Of a DNA stretch of 51,943 nt, positions 1 to 13,990 are shown in pieces. The stretch is from Girardia tigrina. Its lineage: Eukaryota. Under the pieces are notes generated by a model. That model saw only the letters and a program-made list of their open reading frames with translations, was not told the DNA's origin and ran no database searches. Both the position numbers and the translations under genes were made by a program. The stretch spans positions 43,171 through 95,113 of the forward strand of contig MQRK01248821.1 in the NCBI GenBank assembly GCA_001938485.1, in the 5' to 3' direction. Position 1 is the first letter of the stretch, and every line of letters begins with the position of its first letter.

Positions 1-321
1 ATATATATATATATACCTATATACATAGAAAATAAGTTAATAAAAAGAATGGGATAAAATCAGCTTTTTAATGTACCTTACATAATTTATTTATTATTTC
101 TTGATTAAAATTTATTTAAGTTGCACATTAATTTTTTAACATCTTGTATTAACTCGTGAAAGGGTTACTAACTTCTAAAAATATTTTATATTACAGGTTA
201 AATAAAATGATATTTAAAAGTTTTTATTGGATTAATACGAAAATAAATTTGCAATTTTTCTCCATACAGACATAATATTAATCTTTATTGATTGATAATC
301 GATTCATTGTTCCAATGTTGT

Positions 322-557
322 TTAATCCTTTCAACACAGTTGGGACATATTGACCCTTTGGACACGATTTTTTTTGTTTCAGTAATCCATGTAATATTTT
401 TTTTAAAACCCAAAATATTTTTTTCCAATTTATGTTGACTAATTTGATCATATTCTTCTTTTTTTATTCAATCTAGTTAAAATAAATTAGAAACAAATAT
501 TTTGGGTTATAATCGTACATGGATTACTGAAATAAAAAATCGTGTTGAAAGGGTTAA
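322..557. mobile_element. piggyBac-like non-autonomous MITE (TTAA-CCCT...AGGG-TTAA) with ~70-bp imperfect TIRs and an extra terminal copy at 322-338
   Basis: 350-394 (ttgaccctttggacacgatttt...tttcagtaatccatgta) is the imperfect reverse complement of 516-557 (tacatggattactgaaataaaaaatcgtgttgaaagggttaa); right end is AGGG+TTAA. Confidence 0.65.
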
Positions 558-1202
558 TGATAGCGACTACATTATGAACCAACATATTTCATGGATTAAA
601 AATCAATACTTAGAGATTTTATTCGTTATCTTTCGTAGAAGGGAAAATTACTATTAATATTTATTAATTTATTAATACTTTTTAATCTTTACTTTTTTGT
701 GTAATATAAACTACTTATAACTTACTGAGAAGATATGAAAAGGTCTTTAAAATGTTTTAAATTATCATTGCTCCAGCCTGTCCATTTGGCTTTGCTCACA
801 GATTGAGTTGGATATTTTAAAATTTTGTGGGAATATGGAAATATGCATCTTTTCGAAATAAATTTTATGCTACAAGACCTAACAATTTTTTAAATGCAAA
901 GCATTTTCGATTTTAAAATTCTTTAATAATGAAATAGAAAGTCTAGATTATTTAGTTTCTTATTTTTTCTAGTTCTGTAAGGCTTGAGACCAAATATTCC
1001 ATGGAAATTTTAAAATCAATGAACTTTTTAATTAAATGGAATCATTAATATTCTCCAATTGTAATTCTAACAAATTTATACGAAGGAAATTTTACATTAA
1101 AACATGATTTGTTAGCTTTACAAATTATTTCAAAGCAATTAGGAATAAAGGAATAATTAATATTTAAACAAATATTTTAACTTTCCCTCTTATTTTCTAG
1201 AC

Positions 1203-1470
1203 CAGCGGTTCCCAACCTGTGGTACGTGTATCCCTAGGGTTTCGCGAAAGGTTGCTTAAGGGTACTAAAAAGTATGCAATTCAAATCTAGCCTAAAAACT
1301 CAAAAGAATCTTTAAATACATTGCAAATGGTTATTTTTTATATTAAAATAATTAAATAATATGAAATAATACCGTATGCTGATTTTTTAAACACATTTAT
1401 AAGGGCAAAATACTCGTTTTGAAAGTAAATATATTTGTATATCTGAAATTACTAAATGATTTCTTATTTG

Positions 1471-1514
<44 letters not shown>

Positions 1515-1587
1515 CGCGTTAGGGGTACCCGCTAAGTAAACAATCAGGTAGAGGAGTACTCTAATGAAAAAAGGTTGGGAACCGCTG
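1203..1587. mobile_element. hAT (Charlie-like) MITE
   Basis: Perfect 16-bp TIRs CAGCGGTTCCCAACCT / AGGTTGGGAACCGCTG; perfect 8-bp TSD TTCTAGAC at 1195-1202 and 1588-1595; internal (TA)n(TG)n microsatellite. Confidence 0.92.
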
Positions 1588-1639
1588 TTCTAGACGATTT
1601 CTTTCTTACTTTGGCCATTCAATATTTCTAGGCTTTAAT

Positions 1640-2460
1640 CGTTTTGGATATTTTAAAGCGGATTGGTGCGACGTAAGGAACTTAATTATTTTATACGGTC
1701 CTTCGTATTTCATTCCATTTTTCGAAGTTCTTGTGATCAACTTTTACTAAAACTTCCACCACTAAAAATTCTCTTCTACAAGACACTTAACTATTTTCCT
1801 GTGTATCTGTTCTTAATGGATACTACTGCATTCAGTTGAACATTCCATATGCCGTTAGATTCTGTCCAAACAATATTTCCAAAGGATTTATACAGATATA
1901 ACTCTGCCAAGTTATATTTAATGAGAATTCAACTTTTTATAATAAATGTCAAATTCAGGGCAGATTTCTAATGTGGTCACAATCATATCTCGAATTTAAT
2001 GAATTGTAAGCTCTGCTAATCCTTTAGACTGCTTCTGATATGGATATAATAATTCTTTTCAAAAAAATTCCGACTAATTTTTGTAAATTTGGCTCCTTTA
2101 AATGTTTTATCTTTATTATTCAAGAGGGCTTTGGGTTTTCCATTATGATAAATTCAACCATTTAGTTTAGTTCTGACTTTTGACTATTCTTCCTGATTTC
2201 GAAGAGCCACGATTTTGTTATAGTTATCGATTAATAATAAAACGTATTTGTTTCCAATTTTTTGTCGAGATAAAATCATCACTTGCTCGAATCATTGAAT
2301 ATCTTCGCAGCATCGCAATGCTGATGTAGTTCCTAGGTTGTTCGAAAAAATGTCGGAGCTGTCTTTAAGATTCCATAACCGTATAAATGGTTAGAACTGA
2401 CAAGAGGTTTAAGATTTATTCTCATATTACATTCCTGTCTTTTGTAACACCCGAATCGAA
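1640..2460 (-). pseudogene. Degenerate Gypsy/Ginger-type retroviral integrase
   Basis: Manual minus-strand translation across stops and frameshifts: KIGNKYVLLLIDNYNK, GKPKALL, YPYQKQSKGLAELTI (compare PYHPQSNGxAER), PLEILFG and a C-terminal KYEGPYK (GPY/F motif). Confidence 0.7.
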
Positions 2461-3523
2461 GAAGAGAATGACTGCATTGTTTGAGAAATAAATTAAAATA
2501 TTTTCAGTTATACATTCAAGATTTTGAATAAGCTGTCTTAACATGCTTTATCATTGTATTACTATTATATGACATTTTACATATTCTTTTAACGAGTCAA
2601 TTGGATTTGATGTTTTAATTAGAATATCGAAGAAAAATGGCCAGAATTAAATTTAGAAAACGTGGAAGAGATGCGGAATAAAGTCACACAATTCATGGAA
2701 CAAATGACGAACAAGTTAGAAAATAATTGATAAGTTAGTGTCCATAATAAACCACTCGGGTTTAGATCATTGGAGCATCTTATCATGATGAAAACTAACG
2801 CCAGCTATTTAGATTCAATTTTAAAACTTTTTGAACATGAAAGATCTGTCATTATGAAGAATAGGAATCTAGAAAACTTATTGAGAAACCGGGTAACCGA
2901 GGCAGCTCATGAGAACGTATCACTTGACCACCAACTGAAGACTCACAAGGTACAGGTCGGTATATTGAAAGAACAGATTGAAAATGCGATTTCCAAAGCT
3001 TTTAACGATAGAAAAGTTAGAATAATCGGAGAAATAAGCACCATTTGACAATCTTAAGTTTGATTTTTTGTGATATAGATCGTATCATTTCTGTGTTTCC
3101 ACCGGTTTATTGGATTATTAATACTGATACCTATGTATTTGTTGTATTTAATAAAAATAGTCTTGATACTTGTTATTCTGGAGTGGGATTAGTAATTTCA
3201 AAAGGGTTTAATATTATAAATTAATACTGTAATGCAAAAAAATGTTCTTAATAAATTTACATTGATTAAAGTTAAAATAGAGGAATAATAAATTTATAAT
3301 TAATTAGGATAAAAAAATTAATTCCTGATTGTTGAATTTTATAAAGTCAAGGATTCTGTATTCTGCATTGATTATTGAGGTGATGAGTGTCTACTCATCA
3401 GACAATGGAAGAGAAAAGAGTAAAAAGAGAAAATTAAATTTAATAAATAATATTTTTGAATGTAAACAGATATATTTATCTTAAATCTTCGCGTATAATG
3501 TGCACTTTATATTTAAAAATGGG

Positions 3524-3735
3524 TTAACCCTTAATAACCTAGAGTTTCAATTTTGATACCAATCTTTTAAACGTTCTTTATGACGTTAATGTCTGAAGTA
3601 TCAAAATTGATACCTGTTTTTTTCTAAATAAATATTGTGATTTTTTTAGCTATTTTTCCCTTCATCTAGACCCTCAAGCAAACACAGTAATATTAAAAAT
3701 AAATCACTTTCGTAAATCAGGCTACTAAGGGTTAA
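3524..3735. mobile_element. piggyBac-like MITE
   Basis: ttaaCCCTTAATAACCT ... AGGCTACTAAGGGttaa: imperfect TIRs with TTAA on both sides. Confidence 0.6.
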
Positions 3736-4832
3736 TGAGTGTTTTATATGAGAACGACAAGTTTGCATTTATTTTCTGCTAAGAACAAGAGGTTTAATTA
3801 AATAAAAAACTATGACGTGAAGATTTGTGTACACTAATTTGATATTTTGGAAAAAAATAGTTCATGCATGGTGTGAGAGCGGGCGGAGGGGTTATGTGGT
3901 TGTGGCACTTGTGGGGTGGACTGAGGGTCGTAGGGAACTGATATTTATCTTACCCAAAGTCAAAACCGTCTTACTGGCATTCTCCAAAAAAGCTCTTTCG
4001 GTTCACAGTTCTTACGCTCTTCACTGTCGGGATTTACGCCCGAGTTCATTGACAATTCATTCTCTGGATTGTCCGTCGATTCGATCAGTTGACTCGCTCG
4101 ATTCTCACTGACGTCATAGACGATTGGCTTCCGGTTGCCGCCGTTTCGCCGATTTGAAACGTTCATCAATTGATGAGAAATGTCGGGCGAAAAACGATGG
4201 CCGAAATGCATCCATAATTAATTAACAGAAAATAATCTTTGAGCTCTTTCTTCACTTGAGACTCATCATCACTGTCATCGTCTCTTCTCAGTTTCTTAAC
4301 CTGCAATATATCCTCCCTAAATCATCAACCAATTGTCGTTTGGATACGAATCGTCTCATCGCTCAAATTATCGAAATTCTCCCAAAAATAATAAACAAAT
4401 TTAATATCGACTTGCGTTTCTTTTCAAAAAAATGTTAATTAAATAAGCAATAAAAAATATGGCCTCTCAAAAATTCAAATCCAACAATATGAGCCGAAAA
4501 AAATTATTAAAGTAATTCGAATAAAAAAAATTCGTCACGTACACGCCATTCATTGAAATCTTTTGTCCATCCATATATCACCGACTCAAACAAACAACGA
4601 GTCAAAAAAACCGGCCAATCGAAAACGGCCACGAATTAAAACTTTCTTGTCAATTGTTTTAGTGAGGAATGTTTTGAATTCTGTGTTGATATTGTGCATG
4701 TTGTGCGTTAATTCAGATTGTGCCTCTCCTACCCAGATGGATGATTGGTATTTTCTTTGATTCCTACTAATTAAAAATAATTTAATTTTTGTAAAAAGAT
4801 TTCAAATAATTTTTGAATGTATTTAATTTTTA

Positions 4833-6062
4833 ATGTTAGATGTCAAGTGTCCGTATGACACGAAGAAGAACATGGAGAATAGCAACCAAATGAACCTCGA
4901 TCATTACGAGGTTCTTGCTGTTGCTTGCAGGGCAGCAATGCCAGAGACGACTGTGATAGTGCTCACCCTCCAGGTAGGGTGCCTAGGGAAGTGGCCGAAA
5001 AGGAGCACTGACATACTGACAACTCTAAAGATCCCGCCAAAGGTGATAAGACAGATTGCAATTGGCTGCTCAGTATCGAATGTGAAATACTCAGCATCAA
5101 AATGGTCTTATCACCGTGATGGTATAGTCCCAAGCGGGATCCAGAGAATAAATAAGATTATTGTAGAAGAGATCCAAGAACCTCAGGAAGGCATGTTAGC
5201 GATGGAAGAGATGGAATATGAAAATGCTATTCCTGAGGGTGTAGAAGAATTTGATCCGGCCGACTGGAAGCACTCGTACAATCTTATAGTTACAGAGTAG
5301 GAGTGCAACAGGGGGAGTATTATGTGTTGAGGATCAAACAGATAATGATCCACCTGACGATGAGCTAGTCTCCAATCTATATAGAACGAGGATTGGAGAT
5401 TCATCGGAGGAAGAAGATAACTCATCATGGGAGGAAGACTTGANNNNNNNNNNNNNNNNNNNNNNNNNNNNNNNNNNNNNNNNNNNNNNNNNNCAATTGG
5501 CTGCTCAGTATCGAATGTGAAATACTCAGCATCAAAATGGTCTTATCACCGTGATGGTATAGTCCCAAGCGGGATCCAGAGAATAAATAAGATTATTGTA
5601 GAAGAGATCCAATAACCTCAGGAAGGCATGTTAGCGATGGAAGAGATGGAATATGAAAATGCTATTCCTGAGGGTGTAGAAGAATTTGATCCGGCCGACT
5701 GGAAGCACTCGTACAATTTTATAGTTACAGAGTAGGAGTGCAACAGGGGGGAGTATTATATGTTGAGGATCAAACAGATAATGATCCACCTGACGATGAG
5801 CTAGTCTCCAATCTATATAGAACGAGGATTGGAGATTCATCGGAGGAAGAAGATAACTCATCATGGGAGGAAGACTTGACCTTCGATGATGAGTTATTAA
5901 GAATGCAGTGAGTGAAAGTGTCGGGCTTGGCGGAAACGTTCACCCAAGTGATAGGTGCGGGGGTAGGCCGCTAGTGAAAGAACCCCTGTGGAAACCAGGG
6001 CCGATACATGCGGTGAATTTATTTATGTACCAACAGGGTACTTTTGCTCAATGACAAAAAAA
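4833..6062 (+). mobile_element. 5'-truncated RLE-type (R2/NeSL/R4 group) non-LTR retrotransposon: restriction-like endonuclease C-terminus plus 3' UTR
   Basis: ORF 4833-5300 reads LDVKCPYD...HYEVL...LQVGCLGKW...LKIP...C...S..WSYH, the pattern of the RLE domain. A GC-richer 3' UTR follows and ends in a short A tract at ~6056-6062. Confidence 0.75.
5059..5879 (+). repeat. ~385-bp near-identical tandem duplication on either side of an N gap
   Basis: 5059-5443 is repeated at 5494-5879 with a few SNPs (e.g. GAA>TAA at 5613); probably allelic or assembly redundancy. Confidence 0.85.
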
Positions 6063-6745
6063 TTTAATATATTAATTCAAAAAATCTTTAGATTTAATTT
6101 TAACCAATTAGATTCTTTATAATTAATAATTTTTATTCAAAGGTTTTCATTTATTGAAAATAATTAGTATGGATTCAGAAATATATTGATCAAGACAAAT
6201 GTCCAATAGTCAATGTGCTTGTAATATTAATAAATGTTGTAAAACTGATATTGATGTTGTTAATAGTTTTAATTCGGCTAAGACAAATATGTCATCTGAA
6301 TCTTTCCTGAACCGTCTTTGATACTAAAAGATTTCGATGAATCGATATCGTTATTCAAACGGTATTCGTAATAATTCGACGCTACCATATTAGAATGAAC
6401 GTGATAAATATTGATCGAATGATTGGTGAAAATTACGAGAAAATCACAGATTCTTGGATACCATTTTACATCCACTGTGACATGTTTTGTAGAGAAAATT
6501 TCTTTAATTTTATTACAAGTCTTTTCTGTGGAGATATTGTGGATATCGATCAAACTGATGGAATCTCTTCCGAACAGAGCGATATATAAATTTACTCGGC
6601 GTAATTCGATTCTCGTGAATTTCTTCAACGGTTGCGGAGACGAGAGAACATTGTGGTCGGAAAATTGAGTTTTGTCTTTCGTTTTTTAAAGTATGAAGCT
6701 TATTTAATTTACCGCATAATAGGATCATTGATTTCGGAACAGAAA

Positions 6746-6805
6746 CAGTCGAACCTCTATATAACGAAGTAGAAGAGTCCAAAAAATGCTTCGTTAAATA
6801 TGGGT
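6746..6805 (+). mobile_element. pogo/Tigger-like terminal repeat fragment
   Basis: CAGTCGAACCTCTATATAACGAA followed by inverted CTTCGTTA resembles pogo-family TIR starts. Confidence 0.35.
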
Positions 6806-8104
6806 AATTCTTTATTTCTATGCGATAACTGTGGCAAAGTTGATAGCTAATTAATATAGATCAATTAAATTTCATGTTCTCGTAAGTGATAAAATTGCTT
6901 TTCCGTAATGTTCGGAACCATTTATAGCAATTGCAGTAGAGAAGGTTTTATGAATTATATATTTAATAATAGCAGCACAATTACTGATCAGAATGAAGGT
7001 GATATTAAATGTTGTGAAGGACAGGTTCACTTAAAATTTTTGAAATAATGAATTTTTATAAAGAATTTCTAATTTCCAAATAATTATAATTAAAAATATC
7101 TTTAATTAATTTTAAAAAGTTATTTTCGGAAATAATTGAATTTTAATTGTAGAGTAAAAACCTAAAATGAAATTAATTGGGATTAATAATTTATTAATAA
7201 ATTAATAATTGATATTTTAAAAATAATTGATTTAAAAGAAATATATAGAGACAAGGATAATTTTTTGTATTAATTTTAAAAGTTATTCTGAAAAATAAAG
7301 TGATGAAATTTTGTTGCCAGAGATATAATTAAAAAAACAGATAATTTTAAATTTTAAAGTCTGTTTGAAATTCTGCAAATTAAAGATTTGACAAATAATT
7401 AATTCTAAACAGTTTTCGTAAAAAATAAAAATTAAAACTTTAATCATTAATGTATTGTAATAATAATGATAAATCTGAATATTGTAAATTATTTTTTTGT
7501 ATTTAAATTTTATAGATACTAAAGGATTTTAATTAAATTGAGCTAAAACATTTAAATAAGTTTAAAATGATAAATAGCTTTTGTTAAGTGATCAAAATAT
7601 GTAAAAAAATGAACGAATAAATAGTTAAAATAATTGTAGGTAATAAAATGCTTTTAAATTGAAATATTGATAATAAATAAAACGTTAAAATCTTTTATTA
7701 AGTAAAACGTTTTCTCAAATAAAATAAAATAACATTAAACTAATTCTAAAGTAATAAAAAATCATTTTTATTAATTTAGTAAAAATATGACTAAAATAAA
7801 TTATGTTTATTTTGGTTTAAATTAAATTGTATAAAATAGTGGAATGTAAATTTTCAAAATAAAGAGAATAAAAAGAATTTAATTTTAAAATAGCTTATCA
7901 GTATTTATAATTCCATATTTTATATATAAAGAATCTGATCAAAAAGCAAACAAAGAAAACTTCCTCGACGAAAAGTTGTTTAAATAATTGTTATTTGTGT
8001 TATAAATAAAATTTTGCTGTTAATGAATTATAATCCTGATCAAGGACCCAACAAATGTAATACAATGCCATCATGAGAAAAAATCTGTGATTTTTGTATG
8101 ATGC

Positions 8105-8580
8105 TAAAAAGTTACACGTTGTTGACCTATAATTTGATCAAGTTCATCAATTTGTAGGCTATCAATCCAGCACTGGTTGCAAAAGGAACTTAGAATATTA
8201 ATACTGTCAATTGACGCAGCCAGAATAATAGGAGGGTTTTCGACGTTCATCATATCGATACATTCGTCATCCGACTCTTTAACAATCTCCTATGTTGAGC
8301 GTACCTGATACAATCGTAAAAATACATGTGAAAGGTAAGTGGAAAATTAATGTATGCATTACAAAACTTACTTGTTTAAGAATGTCCTCATCAATAATTA
8401 TTTCCTCCGTGAGATTCGTTTCGTCCACGTTGACGTAGTCTTCACTAGAAACTTCATTAATGACTAATGGAAATGCACGCCGAAAGTAGTCAAATAGGTT
8501 GCGCACCTCGTCGCTACCAATAATGTCCAGATTTTCAAGTGAATGTTTTGTTTTCAAAAAAAATTATCATCCGGATTTCA
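8105..8580 (-). pseudogene. Probable pogo/Tigger-type transposase C-terminal remnant containing a 67-nt intron (8305-8371)
   Basis: EDYVNVDETNLTEEIIIDEDILKQ | gtaagt...atcag | VRST*EIVKESDDE...PPII.ASIDSINILSSF resembles the acidic C-terminus of Tigger/CENP-B-like transposases; contains an in-frame stop. Confidence 0.4.
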
Positions 8581-10545
8581 TTTTATCAATATTTTAAATT
8601 ATATATATTTTTATTCATAATGGTTTGTGTAAAAAGAAAGTGTGAAAGTTCCTCGAGAATATTTGTTTAAAAAACTAAAATTAGTATAAAAATAAAGTTT
8701 TGCTTTAATGACTTCTTCTCTTGATCAAGAACCCAATAGTATAAGTGAAAATACCAATCAGTCATCTGGATACGAGAGACACAATCCGAATCAGCGCATA
8801 ACTTACAAAATATGTAGCAAACAATTCATATGCAGTACACAGATGAACTATACAAATTTGAGAATCAAATTTACAACAAATATTTTGTCAACTATTTTAA
8901 ACACTGCACAGCTGAATATTTAAAAACTCCTGAAATTATTTTTGTCATAAATATTTTTCGCTTCTATTGATATTTAACCGAAAATAAAGTTTTTTATTTA
9001 CTATAAATTTTTTGTTAAGACGCGGTAAAGAAGAGACGCTTTTCTTTACTTCCTAACGTACTTAACAAAAGAAGATAAAAATCCTCTATTATCCTCACGA
9101 AAATATATTCCTTGGTTTCAATAATTATTAATAATCAATAATGAAGACGATTCAATATCAAATTATATTTATAATATAAACAATATTTTACACTTGGTTA
9201 AAACGAAAAATACAACAAATATCCTACGTGTGTTATGTGTTATTTAGACTACTCCGGAAACACCGTTTCAGAGTGTCTGGTCACTTTGATAATTAAAGAT
9301 TATTATTTTAATATAAATTAAGATTACTGATTTTACGAGAAAAANNNNNNNNNNNNNNNNNNNNNNNNNNNNNNNNNNNNNNNNNNNNNNNNNNATAAGG
9401 AATTCACAAAATATGTAAATAAAGAATTTTCAAATAAAACAGAAGGATTTTATTTACACTTTTCAGAATAAGCAAAATAAAACAAAATAGTCAGTTTTCA
9501 TTTCCCCAACATTTTAATGTAATTTTAGTTTTATTCTAAAATTTTCAATTATTTTATCTTCTTAATATTTCTATTCTAATTTAATAAATAATTTCCAATG
9601 AACTTACTTCTCAACCAAAAACTTATCTGACCTGACTTTTTTTTAATTTTCTAACCTGAGTTTTAATCTCCTAACAAAAATTATTACAAATTCGGAATCG
9701 AAAGTAAAAAAAGAACTAAATCAAATATGCAACAATTTTAAACCGATCGAGACCAATAAAAAGAATTTGAGAAACATGATAAATGTATTGATTTTGCATC
9801 CACAGATGAGCGCTCGAGTAGATGATGTAGATCTAGTACCTTCTCATCGGTTGATCGAGTTGGAATGTAAAAGTTCGAAATATATTGTGAACAATCCCAA
9901 TAAAGCAGTGTGGTTATTGCTTGTTTTTTCAAAATATTTAGAGATTTTCAGAGGCGAGTGAAGGAATGGAAACGGAAAGCTCTCCCAAGTTGGAAGTTTA
10001 GAAGTAAGAAATTAAGGAGAGATTACCGCCACGAAAATGCTGCAAGAGAGTTCAAATAAATTAATTTTGAATTATTCGATGAAGAGAAACAGTTATTTGA
10101 ATTTGGATTCAAGGAGCAATGATTTATTTAATTTTGCGTTTCAGAAGAAGATGGTGAAACTGAGCATGTTTTTTATTGATGGAATGAGGTGTGGATTTCG
10201 GACAGGGTTTGGGATGTGGGCAGAGTTTGATCGGTGAGGAGGCCGTATTGTTTCGAGTTTTGTGAGGATGTTGTTTGACGAGCTGTGAAAAGATCTGACC
10301 AAAACATATGAGACAGATTTGGAGATATTTTTTTTAGTTTTGTGATCTCAAAAGTTTAAACTTAAGTTTAATAACTTAGTAATTATTTTTAATGAGTAAT
10401 TAACACAAATAAGATTTATGTCGATCAATTTCGACATATTTACAGTAAATTTTAGAGAAAACAAACAAAATGTTAGATTGGATAAATCGGTTTGTTTAAA
10501 TACATCGAATGTCGTGTCTGTTTGTCGTTTTGAAAATAAATATTT

Positions 10546-11478
10546 AACGCTTCTCTAGTTTAGTTCTACAAGCTATCGCGGTAAAGAAGATCGCCCCAGA
10601 GAAAAAATTCTCTTGGTGGCTTGATCCAATGACAGGTCGACGGCGGCGACGATTTCGACGAACGGGGACTGATCGATCAGTGGTGATGTAGGTCGGGAAA
10701 GACGAGCTCGAGAAGAAGCCGCTCGCGCTGATGGTTGATGACGGTGACAGTGATGGCGCACACGATCACCAAACGGGAATCAAATGGATCAGGGGGGTGC
10801 CAGTCAGATCGGTTTCAACAGGGGAGTGTTGTGGCACTGAACATGATTACCCCGGTCGCTTTCACCTTGCACAACCGCAACCCGAGTCTCAGTCGGCCGA
10901 GCACAAGCATCGTCAATGCCTATCCGTCCACGCTCTTGACCACCAGCATGAATTACAATTGCGATCCTCTCCCCATCCCTTGAAATCTCGAGCTCCCCAC
11001 GGATTGTCCTGCCGTTCCCGACCGCGATCATGCAGTCCCCCTTGATCCTCCGAATCGCTTCCGTGCTAAAACTTCCAACCAGACGGTCCCACTGCCACCT
11101 GCACGATCATTTCTTGAACTGCCACAGGATTCGACATCCCCTCAGACCGGCCACAACATTCCCAACCAGAAACCGATCGGACTGACACCACCGTTGATCT
11201 CTTCGAATCAAATTTAGTGATAACGCGTACCAGCGCTGTCACGGTCTGCTCCCAATAGCCCCAGAACGACTCGCCGGATCCTGTACAACTTGCTGCAACC
11301 GCCAACGCCAAGAGAATCACCATCTCTGGAGTGATCACTGTTTATCCGCGATATTTTGTAATAAAACAAAAGGCAAGGCGGTTGCAGCAATATTTATTTC
11401 GAAAAGAAAAACTGCGGTGACGAATCACAGATTCAAATATAAATATCTCTATAAACGCTTCTCTCGTTTAGTTCTACA
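10546..11478. other. GC-rich insertion-like island bounded by a 24-bp imperfect direct repeat
   Basis: AACGCTTCTCTAGTTTAGTTCTACA (from 10546) and AACGCTTCTCTCGTTTAGTTCTACA (ending 11478); the interior is much more GC-rich than the flanks. Confidence 0.55.
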
Positions 11479-12020
11479 CAAAGATATATCAAAATGTATA
11501 CACCAAATTGATATTCATAATAATGTTTAAGAATATGTTTGAATTTACTCCAATATAATCTATTTCTGACTCGTAAATGAAAAACAAAATATAATGCATT
11601 TCATTATTATTAAGAACATTAAAGAAATTCTCATTTGAATTTTTATTACTATCACAATTAGAATCATTACAACTCAGAAGATCTTTCATCGTTTGACATC
11701 TTATTAATTGGTTTTATTATTTCTATTTTGAATAATGATTATTCGAACAATTTTTCTAAATCTTTTTAAAATATTCAATTTCTAAAAATATTAATGAAAA
11801 TAATAATTTTAACCATTTCTTAAAAAAAAATACAAAATAATAAAAATGTTATCAAATTATTAAAAATAAATTTAATTTAAATTTCATTAAATTTTAATTA
11901 AATGCTTTTCTTTTCTTAAAAATATTAAACTTAATTTTAATTGTTAATTTAATAAATATAAACTTATCAAATTATTATTTTAATTATGTTCGAAAAGTCA
12001 ATCGCTTTAAATAAAAAAAT

Positions 12021-12131
12021 ACCAATTTCCATCATGATGGGAGAATCACCATTCTAAATTCAACATACTCAAATCAACATACAGCATCAATACATTTACA
12101 CATTCAAACAATTTAAAATATTCCTCACAAT
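12021..12131. mobile_element. Solo diverged copy of the TIR found at 26195-26901
   Basis: ttccatc...gggagaa...caacatac...aatttaaaatattcctcaca matches 26802-26901. Confidence 0.6.
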
Positions 12132-13169
12132 TGTTTTTTTTTGATTTTAAGAAATATAACCTTGATTAATTGTCATCTCAATGATGGATTATTATTAGTT
12201 CTTCATTATCCAAATCTCCTCTTTCCAAATAATTGAGTCTAAATTTTCTTGCAATAAATAACCCTCAAACTTGTGCTCCTCAGTAAAAGATGAATGATGA
12301 AAAATTTATCCAAATATTTTATTGCTTCATAACTTTGCAATTAACTCAATTAAAAAGCCTTCAATCAATCCCGATTTTTAAGCAAGACTCTTGACTCAGA
12401 GATTTAATATGATAAATAATTTTATACATCATTCCTTCTTTCACTTGGACTTAAAATTTTAATTATTAGATAAAAAAGAAGTTCCATTATAGAAAAACAT
12501 TGTTTTAATTGTCGTTATTATAAATCTTATCTATAGTTTTTAATCGTTGCTTGACAACAAATATGTTTATAGCGAGTTCTTTTATTTTTCAATTTATTAT
12601 TCAATTTTTTTATTAAAATGAAACACTTAAATGAATAATATTAAAAAAAATTGTGTTAAAGTTTTTCTGTTTAGAGAAGAAATCAAAAGAATATAATTCG
12701 GTAAAATATAAATAAAAGTAAAACAACTTGCAATAATTTCTTCCCCCATCCGATAGGATCTAATATTTACCATTTGGACAATGTTCTTTTTTCAATTAGC
12801 TTCTTTTAGAGTAATAATTTGTGAATATCGGTGTCACAATTAAATCCAAATATCTAATTATTATATTTGCTAGTTGCCTCAATATTCGAGAATATCGAAA
12901 TAAGAATACAAATTATAAGACAAGCCAGAAAAGTGTATTTATAACAAGCAAAATTACAACAAATTTAAATAATCATTTCGCTAAGCTTGATAATCCAAAA
13001 AATTCAATTTTTTAGAATTTTGTAAAATATTTTTAATCATTTAAAATCTCATTAAAATTTATTATTAAATATGTCATTTTTTATATTAGATTTTCACTAT
13101 TTATCATTTTAAGAACATCAATATGAATTTTAATATTTTTATTAGTATTACAAGCTTGATTGTCCTCAA

Positions 13170-13990
13170 TGTGGTTAAAAGTAGAAATAACGATACGAGA
13201 AAATTTTTATTTATCCAATTACAGTCGATTTGCCACTCGCGCCAATAATAGTTTATTAAAACAACAATGTTATTTATCATTAATTTCGTCATCCCACGCC
13301 CCCGTGATCTCATCATCACATGTTACATAGTCGCCAAACCAAATGGGCGGTCTTCGGCTCCTCAGTGGTCGACCCATTAAGGCAGGATTATTCGACCCGT
13401 CCGGGGTGCCGTCGACCAACATCTCTTCGTCCACAGTCACTAACTCATCTTCCCACTCCGAGGCCTCTCCAATCTCTGTAAGTCGTCGCTCCGGCGACAC
13501 ATGCCTCAAGTCTGCAATATGCCTTGGAATACCGTCCACGTCAACCGACGTTCCGGAGTTAACTAGCGACACAACTCCTCTCTGCCATCGAGTTGTACAC
13601 CGTGCCCCACCGGGCTTCACATAAACCTGCTCACCATCCTTGAACTCACTCTCATCATAGCATCCTTTTTCCGGGTTAACCATCGGGAATCGCCAATCGT
13701 ACCGATAAGTTCCATTACTGGGAGCTGACTAACCATCCGTCCCGTTTTTGGTGTTTTGTTGTAGTAGAACACCATATCCAGCACATCACCTTTAGTCCTT
13801 GCTGCCATTTTCTTTATCATCCGATGGTTCCTCTCAACGATACCGTTTCCGGATGGTCTGTAAGCACAGCGGTACCTAACTACGACATTCCACGCACTCC
13901 TATCACACACTCCCCGACACTTTGCTAACGTAAACAATGACATCGTCATAGTATGTATCCGCAAGCTCCATGACATATGGGTCATTTGCA
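13170..13990 (-). mobile_element. Internally deleted Gypsy LTR retrotransposon 3' part: RT remnant, integrase C-terminal half, PPT and short 3' LTR
   Basis: YYDDVIVY (RT YxDD-like) abuts RCAYRPSGNGIVERNHRMIK...YNKTP (integrase E region). The C-terminal domain FKDGEQVYVKP...RHIADLR...RSRRPPIWFGDYV follows, then PPT-like GGGGGCG and a TG...CA LTR at 13296-13170. Confidence 0.8.

Noticed and set aside
3380-3402. TGATGAG-tgtcta-CTCATCA hairpin resembling a hammerhead core (CTGATGAG on the minus strand)
   Set aside because: No correctly placed GAAA or stems I/III.
2637-4760. Short coiled-coil/acidic ORFs (2770-3048, 3960-4211) as host genes
   Set aside because: No recognisable domain, interrupted frames and no consistent splice model; probably decayed repeats.
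5494-5879. Tandem gene duplication of the RLE ORF
   Set aside because: Near-identical copies on either side of an N gap indicate probable assembly or haplotype redundancy.
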